A stretch of 64,000 nt of DNA, from positions 525,731-589,730 of the forward strand of contig JBAZYC010000001.1 of NCBI GenBank assembly GCA_041659525.1, read 5' to 3'. The DNA comes from an archaeon. Lineage in GTDB: Archaea > Iainarchaeota > Iainarchaeia > Iainarchaeales > JAAZKV01. Below the pieces are notes generated by a model. It made no database searches, was not told the origin of the DNA, and was given only the letters and a program-made list of their open reading frames with translations. The translations under genes and the position numbers were made by a program. Shown here one piece after another: positions 46,432 to 55,218 of this stretch (the first letter of the stretch is position 1; every line of letters starts with the position of its first letter).

Positions 46432-46629
46432 ATGCAAATGAATTTTAATAAATCAATTTTTAGGGAAACTAGGGCGCAAATTTCCGTGGAATTAATTATA
46501 GTACTAGCAGCAGTTGTTGCAGTGGTATTAATTTTGGTTTCGCAAATGCAAGCAACTAGTGAAGCAGGTTCTAAGAAATTAGAAGAGACTTCTGAGAGCG
46601 TGTTAAAGAAAATTGGGGAGATTGAGTAA
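46432..46629 (+). CDS. Type IV pilin-like protein
   Basis: It reads MQMNFNKSIFRETRAQISVELIIVLAAVVAVVLILV. The track start at 46393 is GTG. Confidence 0.55.
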   Translation: MQMNFNKSIFRETRAQISVELIIVLAAVVAVVLILVSQMQATSEAGSKKLEETSESVLKKIGEIE

Positions 46630-46632
46630 AAG

Positions 46633-47043
46633 GTGTTTTTTTTGAACACTTGCGCTCAATCCTCTCTTGAGTATTTGCTCTTGCTTGCCGCTTTTTTTGC
46701 TTGTCTAGGGTTAGTTTTACCCGTAATGTTTCAAACGACCCAAGATTTTCTTTCTGCGGAGGATGATTTGCTTGCAAAAAGAATTTCAAACACCTTAAAT
46801 GAGCAAGTGAATTTAATGCAATTTTTAGGAGACTCTTCTGAGAAGAGTTTTGAGTTTATTCCACTCAAAAGCATTTCAATTTACTCGAAAAATAGTGAAC
46901 TAATTATTGAAACTAAAAACAAATCTTTTTCAGTGGATTTTCGTTCTCCTCAACTAATTCTAAAACAAGAATTTGCGAACAAATTTTTAATTACTTTAAA
47001 AAAGACTGGGGGAAATGTACAAGCAACCCTAAAATCCGCTTAA
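46633..47043 (+). CDS. Type IV pilin-like protein
   Basis: It has ..NTCAQSSLEYLLLLAAFFACLGLVL and a GTG start. Confidence 0.5.
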   Translation: MFFLNTCAQSSLEYLLLLAAFFACLGLVLPVMFQTTQDFLSAEDDLLAKRISNTLNEQVNLMQFLGDSSEKSFEFIPLKSISIYSKNSELIIETKNKSFSVDFRSPQLILKQEFANKFLITLKKTGGNVQATLKSA

Positions 47044-47051
47044 AACAAGTA

Positions 47052-47426
47052 TTAATCATAGTAAACAATTATTTTTATTTTATTTTCTTGTAATGCTGAA
47101 TTCAAAATAATTCCTTCAGAAGAAATTGAATTCTTTTTCACTTGTGTTGTTAAAATTTGCTTTGCCCCAACCCATAGCTCCGCATTTTCTCCAAGTAATT
47201 GCTTGGTATCATTAATCATTTCGCTTTCTTTTGTTTCTTTTGCACTCCATACGCGGAGTAAATCATTTTCTTGTTGAACAATTGCTAGTTCTTTTAGTGA
47301 AAAATTATTTTGAATGGGCAAGCTAAACAGCATTAATGCAAACAGCAACAAAGAAATTGCCGCCTCCAGTGCGAACACGAAGCCCTTGTTTTTGTGCTTT
47401 TTTTCATAACCCAATTTCCTGGACAT
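47052..47426 (-). CDS. Type IV pilin-like protein
   Basis: The N-terminal region is KNKGFVFALEAAISLLLFALMLF. Confidence 0.5.
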   Translation of the reverse strand: MSRKLGYEKKHKNKGFVFALEAAISLLLFALMLFSLPIQNNFSLKELAIVQQENDLLRVWSAKETKESEMINDTKQLLGENAELWVGAKQILTTQVKKNSISSEGIILNSALQENKIKIIVYYD

Positions 47427-47429
47427 ATT

Positions 47430-47951
47430 TTACCCTTCCCTGCAAGTTAAAATTTGAATTATTCCTTTCTCCCCTTCTATTAGTACAAATCTTTTTGCGC
47501 TAATACAATTTTGTCCTTCTTTTTGTGAAAGAGTTATTTTTCCAGTTTTGGTTTGTGTTTTGTATTCAATGCTTTTAGTAAATATTTTTCCTGGTTGTAG
47601 TTCTTTTGCTTTTTTTATGTTTTCAAGGCTTAGTTCGTTTGTTAAAATTCTATTTTTTTCAGAATCATAAATACACGCTCCGCGCAGAGTGTTAGTTTCA
47701 TCAAAGTTTTTCACAAATGAATCAGAAATTAAAAGCGCTTTTTCTTCGAGTTCGAATTGGGTGATGTTTTGCTCTGCGTTAGTTGCATAATTGTTTAATG
47801 CAAATACAAAAAGTAATATTCCAGTGAGCATTATTGTAAAACTAATCATTGCATCAAGGGAAAAAATCATTCCTCTGCAACCTTTTGTGTGTATAAGGTG
47901 TCCTATATTTTGAGTGTTGCGTTTTGAAGTAGTTTTACTTGTAGTGTTCAA
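47430..47951 (-). CDS. Type IV pilin-like protein
   Basis: It has TKGCRGMIFSLDAMISFTIMLTGILLFVFAL. The start is uncertain because 47951 is TTG. Confidence 0.45.
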   Translation of the reverse strand: MNTTSKTTSKRNTQNIGHLIHTKGCRGMIFSLDAMISFTIMLTGILLFVFALNNYATNAEQNITQFELEEKALLISDSFVKNFDETNTLRGACIYDSEKNRILTNELSLENIKKAKELQPGKIFTKSIEYKTQTKTGKITLSQKEGQNCISAKRFVLIEGEKGIIQILTCREG

Positions 47952-48258
47952 GTATTTTCACCTCTAAGAATGGTTCTTTTTTTGTTTGGGTTAATGTGTA
48001 ATATTCTTTTTCTTTTCCTGCAACAGTTGCAGTGACTTTGTTTCCACTTGCTTCACAATTAAGTCCTCCACTAAATCCACTTGCGCTATTTGAAAACATT
48101 GAATCAACTATGCTTCCGCAATAAATTGCACTTGTTTTGGAATTAATTGAATTAATTGCTTCCTGGGAATTTTGTTTTTGTTCATTAACTACTCCGATTA
48201 GTATTCCGAAGCACCCGATTAGTGCACATAAAGCAATTATTGCATCAATACTATTCAT
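47935..48258 (-). CDS. Pilin-like or pilus-associated small protein
   Basis: It reads MNSIDAIIALCALIGCFGILIGV, with an N-terminal hydrophobic helix. It lies inside the pilin cluster. Confidence 0.4.
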   Translation of the reverse strand: MNSIDAIIALCALIGCFGILIGVVNEQKQNSQEAINSINSKTSAIYCGSIVDSMFSNSASGFSGGLNCEASGNKVTATVAGKEKEYYTLTQTKKEPFLEVKILEHYK

Positions 48259-48276
48259 AGTCTCAATTCCTCTTAT

Positions 48277-48783
48277 TCAACTAATTCTAATTATTTTTGT
48301 AGTGTATCCAATAGGGATTTGAAAATAAGTTATTATTTTGTTTCCTAATTTTTTTCCAACAGTAGTATTTTTTAGTAAATTTGAAGTGAAAGTGTATTCA
48401 GCATAAGTAATCCCTTGGGCTTCAAATATTGCTACGCTTGAATTTTGGTTTAGAAAAGAAGTAGTGGCTTCCCCAAGTTTTTCATTAAAAATACTCATTG
48501 CGTTTGCTTTTCCTTTAAAGTAATTTGAAAGAGTTGAATTGATTTCATTTTGGGCTTTGATAAGATTATAATTTTTTAGAATTATTTGTTCTTCAAGTTT
48601 AGTTCGAATAATTTTGTCAGTATTATTTTCAAGTAGAGTTTTTTCTTTGTTTGAAATTTCCGTAATAATTAATTCATTTTTTACTTTCTCAAGTTCAAAT
48701 TGATGGTTTCCAAGTGAAATTCCTAAATACAAAAGAACAATTAGCATTGCCAACCCAAGTGCATATCCAAAAAATCCTTTCAT
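48277..48783 (-). CDS. Type IV pilin-like protein
   Basis: The N-terminus is MKGFFGYALGLAMLIVLLYLGISL. Confidence 0.5.
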   Translation of the reverse strand: MKGFFGYALGLAMLIVLLYLGISLGNHQFELEKVKNELIITEISNKEKTLLENNTDKIIRTKLEEQIILKNYNLIKAQNEINSTLSNYFKGKANAMSIFNEKLGEATTSFLNQNSSVAIFEAQGITYAEYTFTSNLLKNTTVGKKLGNKIITYFQIPIGYTTKIIRIS

Positions 48784-48847
48784 TAAGAAAACGCATTTTG
48801 CTTAATTAAAAAGCTTAACTAATTTTTCGTCAATTGTTGTGTTAAAA

Positions 48848-49189
48848 TTAATTCCATTCAAGTAAAGGATTTGTTTGGTGTCGTTCAGGAAGTTTTTCTG
48901 GACAATTTTGTGCAGAAGCCATTATAGTTATTGCATTTTCATTTATTTCTCCTTTTGTAGAATCTTTTAAGTAGCATCCGCAAAGAAGAGTGTTTTGATC
49001 AAGTCCTCCTATTTCTTTTGAGGCACACAATCCGTCAAGAGTTTGTTTGTTAATTGCGCCTCCACCCAAATCCAAAATTCCAATCATGTAAGATATAACT
49101 ACAGCTACTACTACAATTGATGCTGCTAAAATAAGTAAGTATTCAATTGCACCCTGTCCTCGAATGGATGTTTGTGTTTTATGTTGCAT
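48848..49189 (-). CDS. Type IV pilin with Cys-rich C-terminal domain
   Basis: It has IRGQGAIEYLLILAASIVVVAVVISYMIG. The C-terminal LLCGCYL motif is shared with 22353-22712. Confidence 0.7.
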   Translation of the reverse strand: MQHKTQTSIRGQGAIEYLLILAASIVVVAVVISYMIGILDLGGGAINKQTLDGLCASKEIGGLDQNTLLCGCYLKDSTKGEINENAITIMASAQNCPEKLPERHQTNPLLEWN

Positions 49190-49231
49190 ATTTAAAAAAA
49201 GGTTTTTCTTAATATATACTTTTCGTTTAAA

Positions 49232-49528
49232 CTAAAGTAAAAATATTACTACTATTAGTAGTAAAAATATTCCTACTGCGTATGCTCTGTTATAGTAAGC
49301 CACTGCTCCTGCTAGTGCAGGTAAGAGTACTGCCATTAGAGCTTGACTTGGGTATTGTTGCATTATCATTATTCCAATGAATGCTCCTATTGCAAGTGCG
49401 AAGAAGAAGAATGCTGCAAAATGAGGGGTTTTTGTCCCTGCTTCTTTTTGGAGTTTACCAAACCAACCATCAATTGTTTTTTGTATATCAGCCATTTTAT
49501 AGTTCACTAAATAATCCACTTTACTCAA
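49232..49528 (-). CDS. Small membrane protein
   Basis: It has two or three TM helices and no recognisable motif. Confidence 0.35.
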   Translation of the reverse strand: MSKVDYLVNYKMADIQKTIDGWFGKLQKEAGTKTPHFAAFFFFALAIGAFIGIMIMQQYPSQALMAVLLPALAGAVAYYNRAYAVGIFLLLIVVIFLL

Positions 49529-49636
49529 CCCTTAAATATTTTCCTATTGGGCTCTTTTTCCGACTTTTTTGCTCCTTTCTTACTTTTTTTCTCTTCATAT
49601 TAAACCTTTAAAATAACAACCAAGCTCTAATTTTTC

Positions 49637-51085
49637 ATGCTTGAAGTAAATGATAAAGTGAAAGAGCTTTCAGATATTGAAAGAAAAGTTGTTCTTGCGC
49701 TTACTAATGAGTTAGTTGATTTTAACTCTATTTCAATTTCTTCTAGTGTTCCAATTGATTCAGTAAGAAGAGCCTCTGGTTGGCTTAAAGAAAAAGGACT
49801 TGCAATAGTTCATGAAACTGAAGTAGAAAAACTTTGTTTAACTCAAGATGGAGAAAAAGCTCTTAGTAAAGGGATGCCTGAAAATGTTTTACTTGAAACT
49901 CTTACTAGACTTGGTGGAAAAGTTTCTTTTACTGACCTTGAGCGCGAATCAGGTTTAACTAAGCAAGAATTCATGGCTGCTCTAGGTATAAACAAAAGAA
50001 AAGCATTTGTAGTAATAATGAATGGTTTTATTGAAGAAACTGGAGTAGCAAAGGATCAAGAAAACTTTTCAGAACAAAATGCGTTAAGAGATATAGTTGA
50101 TTCAAAAAAGATTTCAAGTGAACTTGCTTTAGATCTTCAAAAAAGAGGGTTAGTTGAAAAGAAAAAAGTAGTTGATCGTTTAATGAAAATTTCTCCTAAT
50201 GGAGAAAAAACCAAAAAAGTTTTATCAAGTGGAGAAGTAGAAAGAACTTACAATGTAGAAGCTCCCGTTCCAGATATTTTCCTTGGTAGAAGAACCCCTT
50301 ATTCAGAGTTCATTCAAACAATTAGAAAGAAACTTGTTTCGCTTGGTTTTTCAGAAATGGATTACTCAATGGTTGTTCCTGAGTTTTATAACTTTGATGT
50401 ACTCTACCAACCTCAAAATCATCCCGCAAGAAATGTTAGTGATACTTATCAACTAAAGAATCCTGCATATGGTTCTCTTCCTGATAAAAAAATTGTTAGT
50501 GCAATTAAAGCTGCTCATGAGAACGGAGGAGTTTCTGGGAGTACTGGTTGGGGAATTAATTGGAGTGAAAAAATTGCTTCAAGATTAATGCCTCCTTCAC
50601 ACACCACTGCTCAAAGTGCTAGACAATTAGTTAAAGGAATTAATGTTCCTGGAAAATATTTTATAATTGGAAGATGTTTTCGCCCAGATGTTTTGGATGC
50701 TACTCACTTAACTGAATTCAATCAAACAGAAGGATTTGTTGCTGGAGAAGATATTAATTTCAAACATTTACTTGGGATGCTTAAAGAATTCGCAATTGAA
50801 GTAGCTGGTGCAGAGAAAGTAAAATTCATTCCAGATTATTTTCCATTCACTGAACCAAGTGTTCAGCTTTCTGCAAAGCACCCCGATTTGGGTTGGATAG
50901 AACTTGGTGGAGCAGGAATGTTTCGGCCAGAGATGCTTGATAATTTAGGAATTAAAGGGGAAGCAATTGCTTGGGGACTTGGGATAGATCGCTTAGCAAT
51001 GTTCAAACTTGGATTAAAAGATATTAGATATTTATTCTCAGATAACTTGAGTTACTTAAGAAATGCAAAAGGAGTTTTAATTTAG
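49637..51085 (+). CDS. pheS: Phenylalanyl-tRNA synthetase alpha subunit
   Basis: This is an archaeal-type long PheS (482 aa). The class II motifs include FRPDVLDATHLTEFNQTEG and GLGIDRLAM. Confidence 0.9.
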   Translation: MLEVNDKVKELSDIERKVVLALTNELVDFNSISISSSVPIDSVRRASGWLKEKGLAIVHETEVEKLCLTQDGEKALSKGMPENVLLETLTRLGGKVSFTDLERESGLTKQEFMAALGINKRKAFVVIMNGFIEETGVAKDQENFSEQNALRDIVDSKKISSELALDLQKRGLVEKKKVVDRLMKISPNGEKTKKVLSSGEVERTYNVEAPVPDIFLGRRTPYSEFIQTIRKKLVSLGFSEMDYSMVVPEFYNFDVLYQPQNHPARNVSDTYQLKNPAYGSLPDKKIVSAIKAAHENGGVSGSTGWGINWSEKIASRLMPPSHTTAQSARQLVKGINVPGKYFIIGRCFRPDVLDATHLTEFNQTEGFVAGEDINFKHLLGMLKEFAIEVAGAEKVKFIPDYFPFTEPSVQLSAKHPDLGWIELGGAGMFRPEMLDNLGIKGEAIAWGLGIDRLAMFKLGLKDIRYLFSDNLSYLRNAKGVLI

Positions 51086-51095
51086 AGTTGATTTT

Positions 51096-51482
51096 ATGCC
51101 CGCGCTTTTTAGAAAAAAATTGAATAGTGTTCTTTTACAGAAGCATTTAGCTAAGAAGCGGTTAAATACTGAAAGGGAACGCTTAGGAGTAGCAATAGCA
51201 GTTGCAAAAGAATTGGCAAAAGAAGGAAACGAAGCTGGGGCTAAAAGAGTAGTTTTAAAGGGTGAAAAAAAACATAATGGAATTATTGAGTCTTTTGAAA
51301 AAAATCATGAAAAACAAAAGTTTTATTCAATAAACGCTGGTAATCAAAGAAAAGTTGGAGCTAAAGGAAAAACAAGAGTAATAGTTGGAACAACAAGAGC
51401 TTTAATTAGTAAAAATCCAATAACTAATGTTAAGCGTGTTTTAAGAATTTCAAAACCAAAGAAAAAAAGATATATTTTGTGA
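51096..51482 (+). CDS. Small basic protein, unknown function (paralogue A)
   Basis: It reads MPALFRKKLNSV....NVKRVLRISKPKKKRYIL and shares both termini with the next ORF. Confidence 0.45.
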   Translation: MPALFRKKLNSVLLQKHLAKKRLNTERERLGVAIAVAKELAKEGNEAGAKRVVLKGEKKHNGIIESFEKNHEKQKFYSINAGNQRKVGAKGKTRVIVGTTRALISKNPITNVKRVLRISKPKKKRYIL

Positions 51483-51487
51483 TGTTT

Positions 51488-51892
51488 ATGCCTGCACTTT
51501 ATAGAAAACCAATTAATGCCGTGATTGCTGCAAGAAAAGAAAATGCAGAACTTTTAGTTAAACAAAAAGCTGTTCATGATCAAAAATTTGTGGAATGGAG
51601 AGAATTAGCAAAAAAAGGTGATTCAAAAGGATCTGTAAATACTTGGCTTGAAATAACAGGGGTAATTAACAATCATTATACAAAAAATGGAAAAACCGAT
51701 TATTCTTCTCCTCATTATTTTAAAGTGCAAGAGGAAAAAAAAGAATTAGCAGAGAAATATCAAAAACTTATGCGGGAAAGAAAGAGCGGAAAAATAGCTC
51801 AAAGAAGAGCAAGAGTTGCAACCGTTAAAGCAGCGTTCTCTAAATCTCCAGTGAGAAATGTTAAACGTGTTTTAAAATTAGTAAAAAGATAA
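51488..51892 (+). CDS. Small basic protein, unknown function (paralogue B)
   Basis: It reads MPALYRKPINAV....RNVKRVLKLVKR. ATG 51488 was chosen by analogy with paralogue A. Confidence 0.45.
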   Translation: MPALYRKPINAVIAARKENAELLVKQKAVHDQKFVEWRELAKKGDSKGSVNTWLEITGVINNHYTKNGKTDYSSPHYFKVQEEKKELAEKYQKLMRERKSGKIAQRRARVATVKAAFSKSPVRNVKRVLKLVKR

Positions 51893-51907
51893 AGTATTGT
51901 GATATTT

Positions 51908-53563
51908 ATGCCAAAATTTGATTCATCAAAAAAAGATATAGAATCCCTTTTCGGAAAACAGTTCTCAATTCCTGAATTAGAATCCGCTTTGGAATATGCT
52001 AAGTGTGAACTTGATGGTCAAGAGGGAGATTTACTAAAAATTGAATGTAAAGAAACAAATAGGCCTGATTTGTGGAGTCCTGAAGGGGTAGTAAGAGAAC
52101 TCAAAGCAAGAATTGGAAAAGAAAGAGGAATTAAAGAGTACAAATTACAAAAATCGGGGGTGGAAGTTTTTATTGACAAGAACTTAGAAACAGTTCGTCC
52201 ATTAATTGCTTGTGCCATTGTAAAAGGGGTTTCTATTGATGAAAATTTTATTATTCAAATGGTAAATATTCAAGAAAAAATTGGGGAGAATTTTGGAAGA
52301 AAGAGAAAAGAACTTGGAATTGGTTTGTATGATTTGGATGTAATGAAGCCGCCAGTTTATTACAAGGGTTTCAAGGATGATGCTATTGAATTTGTTCCTC
52401 TTGAATGGAAAGTATCAATGAGGCCAAGTGAAATACTTGCTCAGCACGAAAAAGGAAAAGCTTACAAGCACTTACTAGAAGGGGCTAGTGTTTATCCAAT
52501 TGTAATTGATTCAGCTAATACAGTTGCTTCAATGCCTCCTATAATTAATTCTCAAACAACAGGAAAAGTGACCTCTTCTACAAAGAATTTGTTTATTGAA
52601 GTAACTGGATTTAATTGGAACATAGTTGAAACCGCGCTTGAAGTAATGTGCATGGCGCTTGTAGATAGAGGGGGAAAATTATTTTCTTGTAAAATTAATT
52701 TCCCTGCTGACAAAAAGCCTTATCCTGCAAAAACACTTAATACTCCAACTTTTGGGACAAGAAAAATGTCTTTTGATAAATCCTTAGTTGAAAAGAAAAC
52801 TGGGGTAAAGTTCAGTGATAAAGCGCTTAAGGATTTACTAGAACGCGCAAGATATGAAGTTTCAATTAAGGGAAGCAAAATTAATGTTGAATTTTCTTCT
52901 TACAGAGTAGACGTGATGCATCCCGTTGATGTAGTTGAAGACATAATTATTTCTCGGGGGTACAACAATATTTCTCCTGCAAGAATTGAGATGAGTGTAG
53001 TTGGTTCTGAATTACAGATGAGTATTTATCAAGAATCAGTAAAAAACGCTTGCGTTGGTTTGGGTTTGCAAGAAATAATGACTTATGATATGACTTCTAA
53101 AGAAATTCAATCAAAGAATTTGTTTTTGGAAGAAGAACTTGTTGAAATAAATAATGCAGTTTCAACTAATTATTGCATTTTGAGAAAAAGACTTTCTCCG
53201 CAAGCACTTGATTTTTTATCAAAGAACAAGGATAAAGAATTTCCTCAAAAATTATTTGAAGTAGGACTTTGTGTTTCTCCTAATCATTCCTTCCCAACAG
53301 GAGTAACTCAAACCACTAATGTTTCTGTTGTTCTTACTCACTCAAACGTTAATTTCACCGAAATAAAATCTTACTTAGTTGCATTATGCAAGTACCTTGG
53401 GGTAAGTTGCGAAGTAAAAAAGAAAGCATTTGCTTTCCTAAATGAAAATGCAGCCGAAATTACAGTTAATGGAAAGAAAGGTTTCATTGGTGAATTAAAA
53501 CAAGAAGTAATAGATTCTTTCGGATTAAGAAAACCAGTTGCTTTGTTTGAGTTTGAACTTTAG
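51908..53563 (+). CDS. pheT: Phenylalanyl-tRNA synthetase beta subunit
   Basis: This is an archaeal-type PheT of about 550 aa with the MPKF... N-terminus and B3/4 and B5 domain layout. It follows pheS. Confidence 0.85.
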   Translation: MPKFDSSKKDIESLFGKQFSIPELESALEYAKCELDGQEGDLLKIECKETNRPDLWSPEGVVRELKARIGKERGIKEYKLQKSGVEVFIDKNLETVRPLIACAIVKGVSIDENFIIQMVNIQEKIGENFGRKRKELGIGLYDLDVMKPPVYYKGFKDDAIEFVPLEWKVSMRPSEILAQHEKGKAYKHLLEGASVYPIVIDSANTVASMPPIINSQTTGKVTSSTKNLFIEVTGFNWNIVETALEVMCMALVDRGGKLFSCKINFPADKKPYPAKTLNTPTFGTRKMSFDKSLVEKKTGVKFSDKALKDLLERARYEVSIKGSKINVEFSSYRVDVMHPVDVVEDIIISRGYNNISPARIEMSVVGSELQMSIYQESVKNACVGLGLQEIMTYDMTSKEIQSKNLFLEEELVEINNAVSTNYCILRKRLSPQALDFLSKNKDKEFPQKLFEVGLCVSPNHSFPTGVTQTTNVSVVLTHSNVNFTEIKSYLVALCKYLGVSCEVKKKAFAFLNENAAEITVNGKKGFIGELKQEVIDSFGLRKPVALFEFEL

Positions 53564-53571
53564 TCACTCGC

Positions 53572-54414
53572 TTAATTAATTTCTTTGATTAGTTTAGTTG
53601 CAAATTCCATTGTTCCGTCATTTAGTATTATTACATCATAAGCTTTTTTGTAGAGTTCTAAATTTTCCTCAATTTTATCATTCAAAAAACCAATTTTAAT
53701 TATTTCATTGTAATGAATTCCTTCAATCATCTTTAAGTCGTCAAGCGAATCTCCTAGCAGGATTATGTTTTTTCTGTTTTTAATTTTCTTAAAATAAGGG
53801 GTGTTTTTTATTTCTGATTCTTCTTTATTTAAAGAGTGAATTATTTTTCCCTTATACCCTGTAACATTTCCTTTTTTATCAAATTTAAAAAAGTTTGAAA
53901 TTGTATTAGTATTTTTGCTTTTTATGTTATTAAATTTAAAAATTTCTTCAATAATATCCCCTAACCCCGCAGAGAGAATTAATAGAGGAATTTTTTTCTT
54001 ATTTAGTTCTTTAATAAGTTCTAATGTTCCTTTTCTAAGAATTATTTTGTTTTTAGCAATATCTTTTACTATTTTTTTATTCATTCCATTTGCCGCGAGC
54101 AGATTTATGTGTGTTCCCCACCATTTTTCCATTAAAGGTAGTTTTTCTTTTAATGAAATGTTATGGCTAATTTCTATAGGGTAATATTTAGCATGTAATT
54201 CAAAAGCTTTTTTTGTATACTCTTCTGAAAGATATTTTCCTTCTCGGACTTGGGCAATTATTGTATGTATTTTTTTATTTTTGTCAAATGCTTTTGAAAG
54301 AGTTTTATCAAAATCAGTAACTAAATGTAAGTTCTTTGCTCCGCTCATAAGTATTCTTTTTCTTTTTTCTTCAAACTGCTTGGGGTTTGAAATTATTATT
54401 TCACATTTTTCCAT
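53572..54414 (-). CDS. HAD-superfamily hydrolase, cytosolic 5'-nucleotidase III (UMPH-1)-like
   Basis: HAD motif I is VTDFDKTLS and motif IV is LLGDSLDD. The large cap region resembles pyrimidine 5'-nucleotidases. Confidence 0.5.
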   Translation of the reverse strand: MEKCEIIISNPKQFEEKRKRILMSGAKNLHLVTDFDKTLSKAFDKNKKIHTIIAQVREGKYLSEEYTKKAFELHAKYYPIEISHNISLKEKLPLMEKWWGTHINLLAANGMNKKIVKDIAKNKIILRKGTLELIKELNKKKIPLLILSAGLGDIIEEIFKFNNIKSKNTNTISNFFKFDKKGNVTGYKGKIIHSLNKEESEIKNTPYFKKIKNRKNIILLGDSLDDLKMIEGIHYNEIIKIGFLNDKIEENLELYKKAYDVIILNDGTMEFATKLIKEIN

Positions 54415-54436
54415 TTTAACAATCCCTTATTCTTTT

Positions 54437-55042
54437 TTATTTTTCTTTTTGTTTTTTTAAAAAAACCAAATAAATTATTCCAAAAATAATTCCAAGTATA
54501 ATAAATAAATCAAGGATTTGGGTGTATTGGATTATTGTTTCCCAATTTTTCTCAAGCCAAATCCCTAAGAGTAAGAGTATTGCATTCCAAGTTCCTCCTC
54601 CAAGTATTGTGTAAGTAACAAATGTTCTTCGTTTCATTTCAGCAGCCCCTGCTGGTAAAGAGATTAAGTGTCTTATAACAGGGATAAATCTGCAAACAAA
54701 AATTGTTTTTTCTCCTTTAGTGGAGAACCATTCGTGCGCTAGATCAAGTTCTTTTTTTGAAATGAAAAAGTATTCTCCATATTTTAAAATAAATCCTTTT
54801 CCTAAGTATTTTCCAATATAATAAGATAAAAGAGCCCCGCACACAGTTCCTAGTGTTGCAATAATAAGAGTAATAAAGAAATCAAATTTGCCTTGTGAGA
54901 TTAAGTATCCTGCAAAAGGGAGTACTCCTTCTGAGGGCACGGGCAGAAAAGTGCTTTCTGCAGTCATTAAAATAAACACTCCTAAGTAACCAAGTGTTGA
55001 AATAATTTGTAGTAGCACTTGCAGGATTAATTCAGTTATCAT
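54437..55042 (-). CDS. DedA family membrane protein
   Basis: LGYLGVFILMTAESTFLPVPSEGVLPFAGYL is the DedA/SNARE-associated signature. Confidence 0.75.
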   Translation of the reverse strand: MITELILQVLLQIISTLGYLGVFILMTAESTFLPVPSEGVLPFAGYLISQGKFDFFITLIIATLGTVCGALLSYYIGKYLGKGFILKYGEYFFISKKELDLAHEWFSTKGEKTIFVCRFIPVIRHLISLPAGAAEMKRRTFVTYTILGGGTWNAILLLLGIWLEKNWETIIQYTQILDLFIILGIIFGIIYLVFLKKQKEK

Positions 55043-55050
55043 CTAATTAT

Positions 55051-55165
55051 TGAGGGGCGATTAATCTTATAATTGTGTTTTAACCCAGTTTTTTGGAGGG
55101 ACTTTTTTATCAAGGGGCATTTGTTTTTATTTAGGTTTGCTCTTTTGTTAGTATAAGGGCTTTTG
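55051..55165. promoter_or_regulatory. Four direct G-rich repeats upstream of orc1/cdc6 (candidate origin-recognition-box-like elements)
   Basis: The repeats are GAGGGGCGATT (about 55052), GGAGGGACTTTT (about 55095), AAGGGGCATTT (about 55112) and TAAGGGCTTTT (about 55154). All face the same way, with spacings of about 43/17/43 nt, in an otherwise AT-rich 176-nt spacer. Confidence 0.3.
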
Positions 55166-55218
55166 TAGTCAAGAGTGATTGATTAGATAAATTGAATATT
55201 ATTGTTTAGGTTTTTTTT

